From Chamaesiphon sp. (GTDB taxonomy: Bacteria > Cyanobacteriota > Cyanobacteriia > Cyanobacteriales > Chamaesiphonaceae), in the NCBI GenBank assembly GCA_965246715.1, contig CBDFFH010000005.1:256001-320000 (forward strand): a stretch of 64,000 nt of DNA, in the 5' to 3' direction. The notes under the pieces are model-generated. The model saw nothing but the letters and a program-made list of their open reading frames with translations. It ran no database searches and was not told the DNA's origin. Shown here piece after piece: positions 10,580-19,373 of the stretch. The translations under genes were made by a program, and so were the position numbers. Position 1 is the first letter of the stretch, and each line of letters opens with the position of its first letter.

Positions 10580-10742
10580 GACGGGTCAGCCGTTCTTTTC
10601 AACCAAACCCGAAGGAATGGGATTGGGACTCGCGATCGTCAACCGGATTGTCAAGGCTCATGCAGGAAGATTGCAGTTCCAGTCCGATGCTTCTGGAGCT
10701 TGCGTCAGCGTTGAATTACCCATCCAATGCGGTGTTAAATAG
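10580..10742 (+). pseudogene. C-terminal HATPase_c fragment of a sensor histidine kinase
   Basis: QPFFSTKPEGMGLGLAIVNRIVKAHAG (F and G2 boxes only); no H- or N-box upstream. Confidence 0.8.
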
Positions 10743-10894
10743 TCCTAAATCGCTCGTTATTTTGTCAGTGTTGCATAACCAAAAGTCGCATCGAATTTCT
10801 CACACCAAATCCCAACGGATTGAAATCCTTCGAGATTAATATCGCTCGGTATTTCATAGCAACGGACTACCATTCGATTACCTGCCCAAAAAAA

Positions 10895-11332
10895 TCAATT
10901 TCTTCCTCCAAATAGTTGGAGTTCGACGGCATTAAGATAAGCCCGATCTATTTGAGTTTCTGGCGATAAATCCTTTGCCTCGATTGCAGCTTGCACTAAA
11001 TCTTTTGCAGCAATTCGACCGCTGGAAAAATCGGTACGCAACGATCCAAAACTGGAAATTCCCTGTGCTTTATAGGCACCCTGATATGCTCGTGAAGCTA
11101 ATTCAAAGGGAGTGATTTCAGCAGCATTTGCATTCATAACTGTAGCGAAGGTTCGACCGCCTCGACCTACTGCTTTTGAAGTAGGATCTGAGGAACTAAT
11201 TGCTGTATCGGTAGCATTGGAGTTCATCGCCATGATGAAGGGATGGTCTCCTTGCCCTACTGCTTTTGCCGAGGTAGCTGCCGATAGAGATAGGGTGAGA
11301 ACAGAGAGACTAAGAAGAATAAAGCGTTTCAT
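10895..11332 (-). CDS. Secreted hypothetical protein, family A copy 1
   Basis: Signal peptide; PF.L...AYQG.Y..QGI and AKDLV.AAI..YLNAV motifs shared with 21174 and 21678. Confidence 0.8.
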   Translation of the reverse strand: MKRFILLSLSVLTLSLSAATSAKAVGQGDHPFIMAMNSNATDTAISSSDPTSKAVGRGGRTFATVMNANAAEITPFELASRAYQGAYKAQGISSFGSLRTDFSSGRIAAKDLVQAAIEAKDLSPETQIDRAYLNAVELQLFGGRN

Positions 11333-11379
11333 AATTAATAACCTTTGGTGTGAGGAGATTCGATAGATTTCATACTTTT

Positions 11380-11412
11380 ATAATGTCAGATGATTATGAA
11401 ATTAAGCTGAGT
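11380..11412 (-). promoter_or_regulatory. 11-bp-periodic direct-repeat box plus -10 element
   Basis: Minus strand: ACTCAG-N5-TTTCAT-N10-CATTAT. Confidence 0.5.
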
Positions 11413-11487
11413 ATAGGTAGAATTTGATATTAAAATTGGTCGAGAAAAATCATATTTAAACAGAGATTAAAAATGTAAATATTTACA

Positions 11488-11530
11488 ACAAAAATACCTA
11501 CAGCAGGTTAATTGCTGTAGGTATTTTTGT
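11488..11530. terminator. Perfect 18-bp hairpin downstream of the trx-ccdA-cytb-Mo enzyme operon
   Basis: ACAAAAATACCTACAGCA-N7-TGCTGTAGGTATTTTTGT. Confidence 0.7.
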
Positions 11531-11552
11531 AAATTACTAAGAAATATCTAAA

Positions 11553-12266
11553 TTAAATGCCACCAAACCATTCATAGCCTTGGTCTTCCCAATAGCCACT
11601 TCGTCCCGTGGGTATCTGACTGCTAAACGTCACCTGTGTTACCCATTTAGATTGTTTATAGCCCAATTTAATCGGTGCGGCGAGGCGGATTGGTGCGCCA
11701 TTATCGATCGGTAGTGGTGCCCCATTCTTACTACTTGCAAGTAGAGTCTGAGGGTGTAGAGCCGAAGCTAAATCCCAACTTTCATAATATTTATCCGCCG
11801 ACTGAAAGATGACATATCGCACACTCGGCTTGGGTTTGACCAGCATCGCTAAATCCCGCAATCTGACTCCACCCCATTGCACGATCGCCGCCCAACCTTC
11901 CACGCAGACGTGTTGAATTACCATTGACGCTTGGGGAAGTTTATTCAATTGTGGGAGCGAAAGCCTAATTGGATTATCTACTTCACCATCAATTATCAAT
12001 CGATAGGCATCCAAATCCAGTTTTGGATTGCCTTCAGCACTATTGATAATCAAAGCTTTAGGATCGATCGCACTCACCGGATATTCAGGAATGAGTAATT
12101 GGGGTTTAACTAATAATTCCTCGAACGGTTGATTCAGCGGTTCGGTAAGATTACCGATCCGTTCGGCAAGTTTATCGTCACTACAACTGCTAAGTAAATA
12201 ACCGATACCAGACATTCCCAGTAGTTGCAGGGTTTGCCGACGATTGAGCCGAGCGGGAAGAATCAT
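11553..12266 (-). CDS. Sulfite-oxidase-family molybdopterin oxidoreductase (MsrP/YedY-like), predicted Tat lipoprotein
   Basis: NRRQTL twin-arginine signal, LSSC lipobox, HVCVEGW Mo-Cys motif, GAPIRL..P.KLGYK..KW. Confidence 0.85.
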   Translation of the reverse strand: MILPARLNRRQTLQLLGMSGIGYLLSSCSDDKLAERIGNLTEPLNQPFEELLVKPQLLIPEYPVSAIDPKALIINSAEGNPKLDLDAYRLIIDGEVDNPIRLSLPQLNKLPQASMVIQHVCVEGWAAIVQWGGVRLRDLAMLVKPKPSVRYVIFQSADKYYESWDLASALHPQTLLASSKNGAPLPIDNGAPIRLAAPIKLGYKQSKWVTQVTFSSQIPTGRSGYWEDQGYEWFGGI

Positions 12267-12298
12267 AAAATTATAAATTATGAGTTATGAATTATGAA

Positions 12299-12901
12299 TT
12301 ACCAGGGACGAAACATCGATTGAGTTAACTTCAATCCACCAGCCTTAATCCCCATGATTAGATGAACCAAGATAAATATTAAAGAAATCGGTACGGTCAA
12401 AAAATGTACCGTGCGAAGAATTTGCCAATTGATAAATAAGCCAGAGAGCAAATGCAATTGAGCTGGTTTATACATCGCTAAACCTGACGTAATTGCCAGG
12501 AGCATGACAGGGATAATTCCTGTATAAACCAGTCGATGCCAAGCATAAGTCTTTCGTTTGGGATTTTGACCGACTTGCAATGCCTTGAGATCTTGATCGG
12601 AAAAGAACCGTTTTTTCCACCGTTGAGTGAGAAAAATATAAATTCCATAAATCAGCAAGGTAAAGGCAAACACCCACATCACAGCAAAGTGCCAATCTCT
12701 ACCACTAGCCAAATAACTACCTAAAGTCGCCCATTTCGGTATATGCCAACCGGCTCTCCCGCCAAACACCGGATTAGCATTATAAATCGTTAACCCGCTG
12801 CCCATCATCATCAACAAGCTGATAATTAACAAACCATGCAGAATTTTGATAAAAGTCTGCTGTTGGGGCAGTGGTGGAGATTTAGGTTTCTGCTTATTCA
12901 T
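12299..12901 (-). CDS. Cytochrome b/b6-domain membrane protein, probable partner of the Mo enzyme
   Basis: Four TM helices with candidate heme His (LHG, WHF, VHF, VHL). Confidence 0.82.
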   Translation of the reverse strand: MNKQKPKSPPLPQQQTFIKILHGLLIISLLMMMGSGLTIYNANPVFGGRAGWHIPKWATLGSYLASGRDWHFAVMWVFAFTLLIYGIYIFLTQRWKKRFFSDQDLKALQVGQNPKRKTYAWHRLVYTGIIPVMLLAITSGLAMYKPAQLHLLSGLFINWQILRTVHFLTVPISLIFILVHLIMGIKAGGLKLTQSMFRPW

Positions 12902-12932
12902 TTTATTGTCATTCGATTAAATGCTAAAAAAC

Positions 12933-13625
12933 TTAGATGGGTAACTTGGGAAATAGTGGTAACAACCACAATTGGATCTCAACATCCCAACCTAATAAAA
13001 TCGCGATCGCGGTGCCTGTCATCAAAATCCCACCAATTCGTTGCAACTTAGCAGTATGCGGAATTATCCATCGCCAAGATTGACTGAGATACCGACTAGT
13101 ATAAGCCAAAATCAGTAAGGGAATTCCCGCTCCTAGCCCGTAGAAAGTTAATAAGATTAAAGCAGCTAAAATGTCATGTTTGACGGCTGCTAAAACTAAA
13201 ATACTCCCTAATGCGGGGCCAGCGCAGGGAGTCCAGAGCAAGCCTAATTGCGTCCCGATCGCAAATTCGCCCCACAAGTTCGGTTGCTCTGGCTCTCGAA
13301 AATTACCAAATTGCCAACGGCTAAATACCCAATAACTCAACTTGGGGAAAATTGATAACAGACCAAAGAAAATTAGTGCAGCGATCGCGACACCACGTAA
13401 TATATTTGCAAATCCAGCGAACCATGAACTAGCAATTCCGAGTAGGCTACCGATCGCGGCAAACCCACAGATTAAGCCCGCAACTAATGCGATGGGGCCA
13501 AATCGATGAGTTTTAAAAGACCGTCCTAAAACTAACGGTAAGATCGGCAGCACACAGGGAAAAATAATTGTTAATAATCCTCCCAAGATAGCCAGACTTA
13601 AAGAGCCGAATGATACTCCATTCAT
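12933..13625 (-). CDS. ccdA: CcdA/DsbD transmembrane electron transporter
   Basis: PCVLPILP and WTPCAGP.LG motifs; six TM segments. Confidence 0.88.
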   Translation of the reverse strand: MNGVSFGSLSLAILGGLLTIIFPCVLPILPLVLGRSFKTHRFGPIALVAGLICGFAAIGSLLGIASSWFAGFANILRGVAIAALIFFGLLSIFPKLSYWVFSRWQFGNFREPEQPNLWGEFAIGTQLGLLWTPCAGPALGSILVLAAVKHDILAALILLTFYGLGAGIPLLILAYTSRYLSQSWRWIIPHTAKLQRIGGILMTGTAIAILLGWDVEIQLWLLPLFPKLPI

Positions 13626-13631
13626 GCTGTG

Positions 13632-14225
13632 TCACCCTAATAACTGACGAATTTTAGTTTCGGTTTCAGCGTAAGCACCTTCGCCAATATGGTCGTACAC
13701 GATTTGACCCTGGCGATTGGCTAAAAATAAGTGCGGCCAATATTCATTATTGTAAGCCTTCCAAGTTTCAAAGCCGTTATCTACCGCGACGGGATACTTA
13801 ATATGGCGTTTACTTACTGCTTGTTTGATATTACCTAGCACGCGCTCGTAGGGAAATTCGGGCGTGTGTACGCTGACGATCTTTAAACCTTTGTCAGCAT
13901 ATCGATCGTGCCAACCGACTAAATGCGGGATAGTCGCCTGACAGTTGCTACAGGCAAATGTCCAGAATTGGAGCAAGACAACATTCCCACGTAAACTCGC
14001 CAGTGTAAGCGGTTCGGTATTGATCCAATTGCTAATTCCTTGGAGTTCTGGCAGGGTTTTACCAGCAGATTCGAGCGCTATTTCATTACTGGGTGCTGCG
14101 GATGTGGGAGCGAAGGTTTTGGCGTTAGATGGTGCTGGTTGCAATTTCTGTCCGATGGTAGTGGCGATGCCAGCACCAACGATGCCTAATCCTAAGTATT
14201 TGAGAATGTCGCGTCTGTGGCTCAT
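13632..14225 (-). CDS. Exported thioredoxin-like (DipZ-type redoxin) protein, copy 1
   Basis: HRRDIL Tat-like signal, FWTFACSNC, VHTPEF, YWP. Confidence 0.88.
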   Translation of the reverse strand: MSHRRDILKYLGLGIVGAGIATTIGQKLQPAPSNAKTFAPTSAAPSNEIALESAGKTLPELQGISNWINTEPLTLASLRGNVVLLQFWTFACSNCQATIPHLVGWHDRYADKGLKIVSVHTPEFPYERVLGNIKQAVSKRHIKYPVAVDNGFETWKAYNNEYWPHLFLANRQGQIVYDHIGEGAYAETETKIRQLLG

Positions 14226-14482
14226 AAAATTTACCTATCAATCGAGATTTATCTTTAAAACTACAAGATGGAATTACAGTTTAGCTGTCTAACTAAAACC
14301 GATCGAGATATTGACAAACTACGTGTTGAATTAAGTCACCAGCGATAATTAAATACAAAATAGCGTGTAGGATTGGGACTCTCAGGTATCTAGGTTCGAT
14401 CGTCATCACTTGGTTGTGGCTAATTGTGCTTCATATCCTACTTAACTTATTACCTCCCCACAGCTACGAGTGAGCTAGCTAA

Positions 14483-14851
14483 TTATTTGACTTCTGCGGG
14501 TGCGAACATTTCGACTTTACCCTTTCTCAAGGCAACTACTACGTCATAGTGAGCGCAGTAGGAGAAAGTATAATCATTAGTCTTGTTGTACAAATTCACT
14601 ACATGACCGCCGCCACCAACCTGAATCCCAATTGGTTCGAGTTCGCCGAAGAAGAACCGACGGAGCGCGTCACCACCACCAAATTTCCCTTTTTCTTGGG
14701 TAATTAGAGCGATTTTTTGGTCGAAACTAAGTCCGGTAACGTCTTGAGCGTGAGCGGTACCGAACTGAGGATTGACCAAAGAATCGGGTACTCCAGCGAG
14801 GGTCGTGATGCCAACTAGGAATGCAATTGCCAAAGAACTAACTGCTTTCAT
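14483..14851 (-). CDS. Secreted hypothetical protein, family B copy 1
   Basis: Signal peptide; GD.LR..PIGIQ.GG.G.VVNLY..C..DVVVA..KG..EVK shared with 15676; GGAG RBS. Confidence 0.8.
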   Translation of the reverse strand: MKAVSSLAIAFLVGITTLAGVPDSLVNPQFGTAHAQDVTGLSFDQKIALITQEKGKFGGGDALRRFFFGELEPIGIQVGGGGHVVNLYNKTNDYTFSYCAHYDVVVALRKGKVEMFAPAEVK

Positions 14852-14992
14852 GTTCGATCTCCAATTTAGTTAAGTAATTGTTTCCAGCACGTCTTGGCTG
14901 GGTATGTCTTAATTATTAACTGGAAATTTGGGTCTTAAATTAGCAGTGGTTAAGGGATAACTGTGTGGATGATGAGAGTTTTAGGGAGTAAT

Positions 14993-15020
14993 CTTTAGGA
15001 ATTTCTCAGCAAATTCTCAT
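14993..15020 (+). promoter_or_regulatory. 11-bp-periodic direct-repeat box
   Basis: CTTTAG-N5-TCTCAG-N5-TCTCAT. Confidence 0.5.
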
Positions 15021-15134
15021 CTAATCGTGTTCACATTACCGTAAAACCAGTTTTATCGTTAGTTAAGGGACTTTCCAATAAAAAATCATGCCGAATGTGG
15101 TTGTGGATGATAAAAAATATCAACAAACCACTTG

Positions 15135-15465
15135 CCTGCCACACATCACTGCTTGAAACTGACCACTCATAAGATCGCTAACGACTTGTGCCTTGAGCGT
15201 ATGACGCTTGTGCTTGCCAAAATAATGTTATTTTTGTTGCTCGGTGCAATGCACGCTGAGGAGACCGTCTAGCGACACGTCTTCGCCTACAGCGCGTAGG
15301 GCAAAGCCCCGCCAAAGGCGTATGCATCCGCTTTTTTTGGACGCTCAATGGCAACTTCGGTAACATCGAGCGCTACGACTTCTGATGGTGCATCATATTG
15401 TTGGAGTTGTTGCCGACCTAGTAAGCGGAACCGTCCCGATTGCACTAGTAAGTTTTCTACCTTTT
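15135..15465 (-). pseudogene. IS5-family (DDE_Tnp_4-type) transposase remnant
   Basis: Minus-strand translation KVENLLVQSGRFRLLG..VVALDVTEVAIERPKK, then after about 100 bp of inserted hairpins HYFGKHKRHTLKAQVV. Confidence 0.75.
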
Positions 15466-15527
15466 AACAGACCAGTGCCTACTGGCTAATCTTTTAATTT
15501 CTAGTTCGGCTTTCTCACCAAATATTA

Positions 15528-15598
15528 CTGAGAATTAGCTGAGAACTAACTGAAAGATCTAGATCCAAAAACTCAGGAAACTCTTAGTCTCAGTTCAG
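15528..15598. promoter_or_regulatory. Back-to-back 11-bp-periodic repeat arrays
   Basis: CTGAGA/CTGAGA/CTGAAA at 15528/15539/15550 and ACTCAG/TCTTAG/GTTCAG at 15571/15582/15593. Confidence 0.65.
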
Positions 15599-15675
15599 GA
15601 GTGGTTCAATCCTAACTGCGATTCTATAAGTAATCGCTCTCATACCTCTTACCACTCAAAATTAGGATTGATAAC

Positions 15676-16050
15676 ATGAAACTCACTTCTCTTCTCGCTA
15701 CCACGATCGTCAGTAGCGGCATGGCAATTTCGCTAGCTTCCTTACCAGCATTTAACCCCAATTCTTTCCAGGCATCCGCCCAAAGCATGAGCGCAAGTAA
15801 AAGTGAAAGCCAAGGCAAGATCGACCAAATTCTGGCTATCAAAGGTAAACCTGGAAGTGGGGATTTACTCCGCAAACTGTACCCAAAAGACCTCAATCCA
15901 ATTGGAATTCAAACAGGTGGAGCGGGTATGGTAGTTAACCTATACAGCAAGAAAGATAACACTACACTTTCACTCTGCACGACCTTTGATGTAGTTGTTG
16001 CAGCGAAGAAAGGTCGAATTGCTAAGTTCAAGCCAAGTGAAGTTAAATAA
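15676..16050 (+). CDS. Secreted hypothetical protein, family B copy 2
   Basis: Signal peptide; paralog of 14483-14851. Confidence 0.8.
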   Translation: MKLTSLLATTIVSSGMAISLASLPAFNPNSFQASAQSMSASKSESQGKIDQILAIKGKPGSGDLLRKLYPKDLNPIGIQTGGAGMVVNLYSKKDNTTLSLCTTFDVVVAAKKGRIAKFKPSEVK

Positions 16051-16308
16051 TCCAATCTTCGATCGAATTGGTAACGCACAATCTTTCAAGCAAGACTTAT
16101 CTGCAATGGTTGTGCGATCGACAACTTGAAACTGTTATGCACTGTTCCAAGTAAGACAATTATGAGTTGCCTTACTTAGGTTCCATTTTTTAATAAGTTA
16201 CCGATCGCTTAACTGAATCCTCATCCCTAATCAAAATGGAATTCAATAAAATCATTGCTAAATTAACTCGACTCTCGTAGAGAGGCCACACCAACGAGGA
16301 ATAAAATA

Positions 16309-17697
16309 ATGATAAAAAATATTAGAGAAATATCCAATCCCATTCTCAGAGCGATTATTGCTGGCATCTTTCTAGGCACTTTAGTCACAATTCCTGCTGC
16401 ACTTGCAGTTCAGTTAGCGAAGTCTCCAAAAGATTTGAATGTGGAATCTACTAGTAAATTAGCCGTTTACGCCTCCCTTGCTAGTACTGCGATCGGTGCA
16501 GCAATCGGTTTAGGTGCGGGAAAACGAAAGGATGAGCGCGATCGATTATCTGACGATAGGCTAACGCGAACGAATGATCCAATTGAGATCGAATCCTCAA
16601 CTAATGGATGGAAAGATTGGCGGAAATTCATTGTCATGCGAAAAGTAAAAGAAAGCGATGGGATTACATCTTTCTATTTACACCCTGAAGATAATAGGGT
16701 AATTCCTGACTTTAGTCCCGGACAATTTTTGACGCTCAAGCTCGATATTCCCGGACAATTGAAGCCAGTAATTCGGACTTATTCACTATCCGATTACGAT
16801 CGATCGCCGATGAATTATCGGATATCAATTAAGCGGGAACTCGCCCCAGCAAATCTGAATGTTTCGCCCGGTATTGCATCCAACTTTATGCACGACAGCA
16901 TTCAGGAAGATTCGATAATTTGGGTAAAACCTCCGGCTGGCAGGTTCGTACTCGATATTTATAGTCCCAAACCTGCGGTATTAATTAGCAATGGGGTGGG
17001 GATTACGCCGATGATTGCAATGGCAAAGGCGGCGGTTCAGATCGATCCATTGCGACAGATCTGGTTCTTACATGGAGCTAGAGATGGAAATTCTCATGCT
17101 TTTCGTGATGAAATCAATGCGCTCCGTGCAAATCATCCTAATTTACACGTTATCTACTGCTATAGCCGACCAATAGCCACAGATACCGGAAAATATCATC
17201 AGCAAGGATACGTCGATTCGACGTTAATTCAAAACATTGTCGCACCAGAAATGCAGCAATTGTGTGGCTCCACTGAAGCCGATTATTTCTTATGTGGTTC
17301 GCCATCATTTATGGACGCGCTCAGAGATGGATTGAGAATGTGGGGAGTACCCGATCGTAATGTGATGTCTGAATCCTTTGATAAGGCAACGCCAAAAGCA
17401 ACAGAAACAGTTGGGGATCTAACAACAGCACAAAGCGATCCAGTCGAAATTGTATTTAGTAAATCTGGCAAAACTCACACTTGGAATCCCGCTGACGGGA
17501 CGATTTTAGAGTTTGCCGAAGCCAATGGTCTTAGTCCCGATTATAGCTGTCGGGCGGGGGTTTGCGGTACTTGTATGTGCCGGATTTTGGAGGGAGAGGT
17601 GGAGTATGAAGAATCACCATCAGCCAGTGTCGATGCTGGTTCAGTGCTGATTTGTATTTCTAAACCCAAAACAGCCAGAGTCGTTCTCGATCTCTAA
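16309..17697 (+). CDS. Membrane-anchored FAD/NAD(P) reductase with C-terminal 2Fe-2S ferredoxin, copy 2
   Basis: RTYSLS, GVGITPM and CRAGVCGTC motifs; paralog of 6866-8149. Confidence 0.88.
   Translation: MIKNIREISNPILRAIIAGIFLGTLVTIPAALAVQLAKSPKDLNVESTSKLAVYASLASTAIGAAIGLGAGKRKDERDRLSDDRLTRTNDPIEIESSTNGWKDWRKFIVMRKVKESDGITSFYLHPEDNRVIPDFSPGQFLTLKLDIPGQLKPVIRTYSLSDYDRSPMNYRISIKRELAPANLNVSPGIASNFMHDSIQEDSIIWVKPPAGRFVLDIYSPKPAVLISNGVGITPMIAMAKAAVQIDPLRQIWFLHGARDGNSHAFRDEINALRANHPNLHVIYCYSRPIATDTGKYHQQGYVDSTLIQNIVAPEMQQLCGSTEADYFLCGSPSFMDALRDGLRMWGVPDRNVMSESFDKATPKATETVGDLTTAQSDPVEIVFSKSGKTHTWNPADGTILEFAEANGLSPDYSCRAGVCGTCMCRILEGEVEYEESPSASVDAGSVLICISKPKTARVVLDL
16547..16570 (-). mobile_element. 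24-nt small dispersed repeat inserted at CG^ATCG
   Basis: Reverse strand CG|TTCGCGTTAGCCTATCGTCAGATA|ATCG; in frame, adds 8 aa. Confidence 0.7.
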
Positions 17698-17740
17698 AGT
17701 TATTTGTTTGGGGAATTATTCCTAACGATTAAAAAACGTC

Positions 17741-18502
17741 ATGTTATATGCGATCGAGGCTGTATGTTTAGGCATCTTCATGGTTGTGGCGACTCTAGCG
17801 ACAACCGCGTTTCAACTTCCGGCTTCACCACTCCATCAAGCGATCGCCGATCCACTCCTCCGCCGCTTATTAATTGGTATTGTCATCGGCATCACAGCAA
17901 TTTCAATTATTTATTCTCCTTGGGGTAAGCGATCGGGAGCGCATCTCAATCCGGCGGTAACATTAACGTTTTGGCGGCTCAAGAAAATTTGGACTATTGA
18001 TGCGGGATTTTATATTTTAGCTCAATGTCTGGGTGGAATCTGTGGGATTTGGTTGGCGGGATTATTAATTGGTCGATCGATCGCCGATCCTGCCATTAAC
18101 TATATTGTTACAGTTCCAGGGATAGCGGGAGAATTGGGAGCTTTTGGGGCTGAATTCCTGCTCTCCTTTGGACTGATGACTTTAGTATTGCAGGTATCAA
18201 ATCGTCCTCATTTATCGCAATTAACAGGGCTATTTTGCGGCATTTTAATCGCGATTTATATCACATTTGCAGCACCATTTTCAGGGATGAGTATGAATCC
18301 CGCTCGCAGTTTGGCTTCGGCTTTAGCTGCCCATGTATGGCATGGTTTTTGGATCTATTGCATTGCACCACCATTGGGGATGCAAGCAGCAGCAGGAGTC
18401 TATTTACGCAGTGGTAAAGGGAAGACCCAAATCCAAATTTGTAGTAAACTTTGTCCGAATAATACGACTGAGTGCATCAGCCCAACTTGTTGTCAAAAGT
18501 GA
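17741..18502 (+). CDS. MIP/aquaporin family channel with Cys-rich C-terminal tail
   Basis: SGAHLNPAVT and SMNPARS (two NPA boxes). Confidence 0.92.
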   Translation: MLYAIEAVCLGIFMVVATLATTAFQLPASPLHQAIADPLLRRLLIGIVIGITAISIIYSPWGKRSGAHLNPAVTLTFWRLKKIWTIDAGFYILAQCLGGICGIWLAGLLIGRSIADPAINYIVTVPGIAGELGAFGAEFLLSFGLMTLVLQVSNRPHLSQLTGLFCGILIAIYITFAAPFSGMSMNPARSLASALAAHVWHGFWIYCIAPPLGMQAAAGVYLRSGKGKTQIQICSKLCPNNTTECISPTCCQK

Positions 18503-18544
18503 CCCACCCAGCCCTACGGGCACCCCTCCTTGGAGGGGATTTTC
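18502..18544. repeat. Short REP-like double-hairpin repeat
   Basis: ACCCACCCA-GCCC-TAC-GGGC-A-CCCCTCC-TT-GGAGGGG-ATTTTC. Confidence 0.5.
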
Positions 18545-18562
18545 AATAAACTCACAATAAAT

Positions 18563-19372
18563 ATGATGAAACTAAACGGAAAAGTTGCGTTGGTCACTGG
18601 TAGCAGTGGCGGGATCGGTCAAAGTATTGCGATTAGATTAGCACAGGAAGGTGCGAAAGTTGTCGTTAATTATCGTTCTAATCCGCAGGGAGCAGAACAA
18701 ACACTGGAGGCAATTAAAGCGATCGATGGTGAATGTATGATGGCTGAGGGATTTTGCGATGACAATCGGGGTTATGCGATCGGTGCAGATTTGGGCATGG
18801 TTGATGATGTCCGACGATTAATTGACACAAGTATCGAACATTTTGGGACGATCGATATCTTGGTTAATAATGCGGGGATTGAAAAACGTGCTGATTTTTG
18901 GGATGTGACGGAGCAAGATTTTGATGCAGTTATGAATATCAATTTCAAAGGAGTTTTCTTTGCTACCCAATCATTTGTCAAACATCAAATTGAAAAATGC
19001 AAGCACAATGGCAGAGTTATTAATATTAGTTCCGTTCATGAAGACTTGCCATTTCCACATTTCACCTCTTACTGTGCTAGTAAAGGTGCTTTGAAAATGA
19101 TGATGCGAAATCTCTCAGTAGAATTCGGTGCTTTGGGCATCACCATCAATAACGTGGCTCCAGGTGCGATCGAAACACCGATTAATAAACAGTTATTAAG
19201 TAACCCCGCTCAATTACAACCTTTACTTAAAAATATTCCCTTGGGTCGATTGGGACAACCAGATGATATCGCTGCGGTAGTAGCTTTTTTAGCTTCAGAT
19301 GATGCTCGATATATTACGGGTTCTACGGTCGTTGTCGATGGTGGATTGATGTGGAATTACCAAGAACAATAG
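18563..19372 (+). CDS. Glucose 1-dehydrogenase-like SDR
   Basis: TGSSGGIG, NNAGIE, SSVHE..P.P.F..YCASKG and APGAI.TPIN motifs. Confidence 0.88.
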   Translation: MMKLNGKVALVTGSSGGIGQSIAIRLAQEGAKVVVNYRSNPQGAEQTLEAIKAIDGECMMAEGFCDDNRGYAIGADLGMVDDVRRLIDTSIEHFGTIDILVNNAGIEKRADFWDVTEQDFDAVMNINFKGVFFATQSFVKHQIEKCKHNGRVINISSVHEDLPFPHFTSYCASKGALKMMMRNLSVEFGALGITINNVAPGAIETPINKQLLSNPAQLQPLLKNIPLGRLGQPDDIAAVVAFLASDDARYITGSTVVVDGGLMWNYQEQ

Positions 19373-19373
19373 G

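Noticed and set aside
14270..14310. Repeat-box promoter for the trx-ccdA operon (also sought upstream of cld and of 16309)
   Set aside because: Only degenerate hexamers with inexact spacing; not counted in the regulon.
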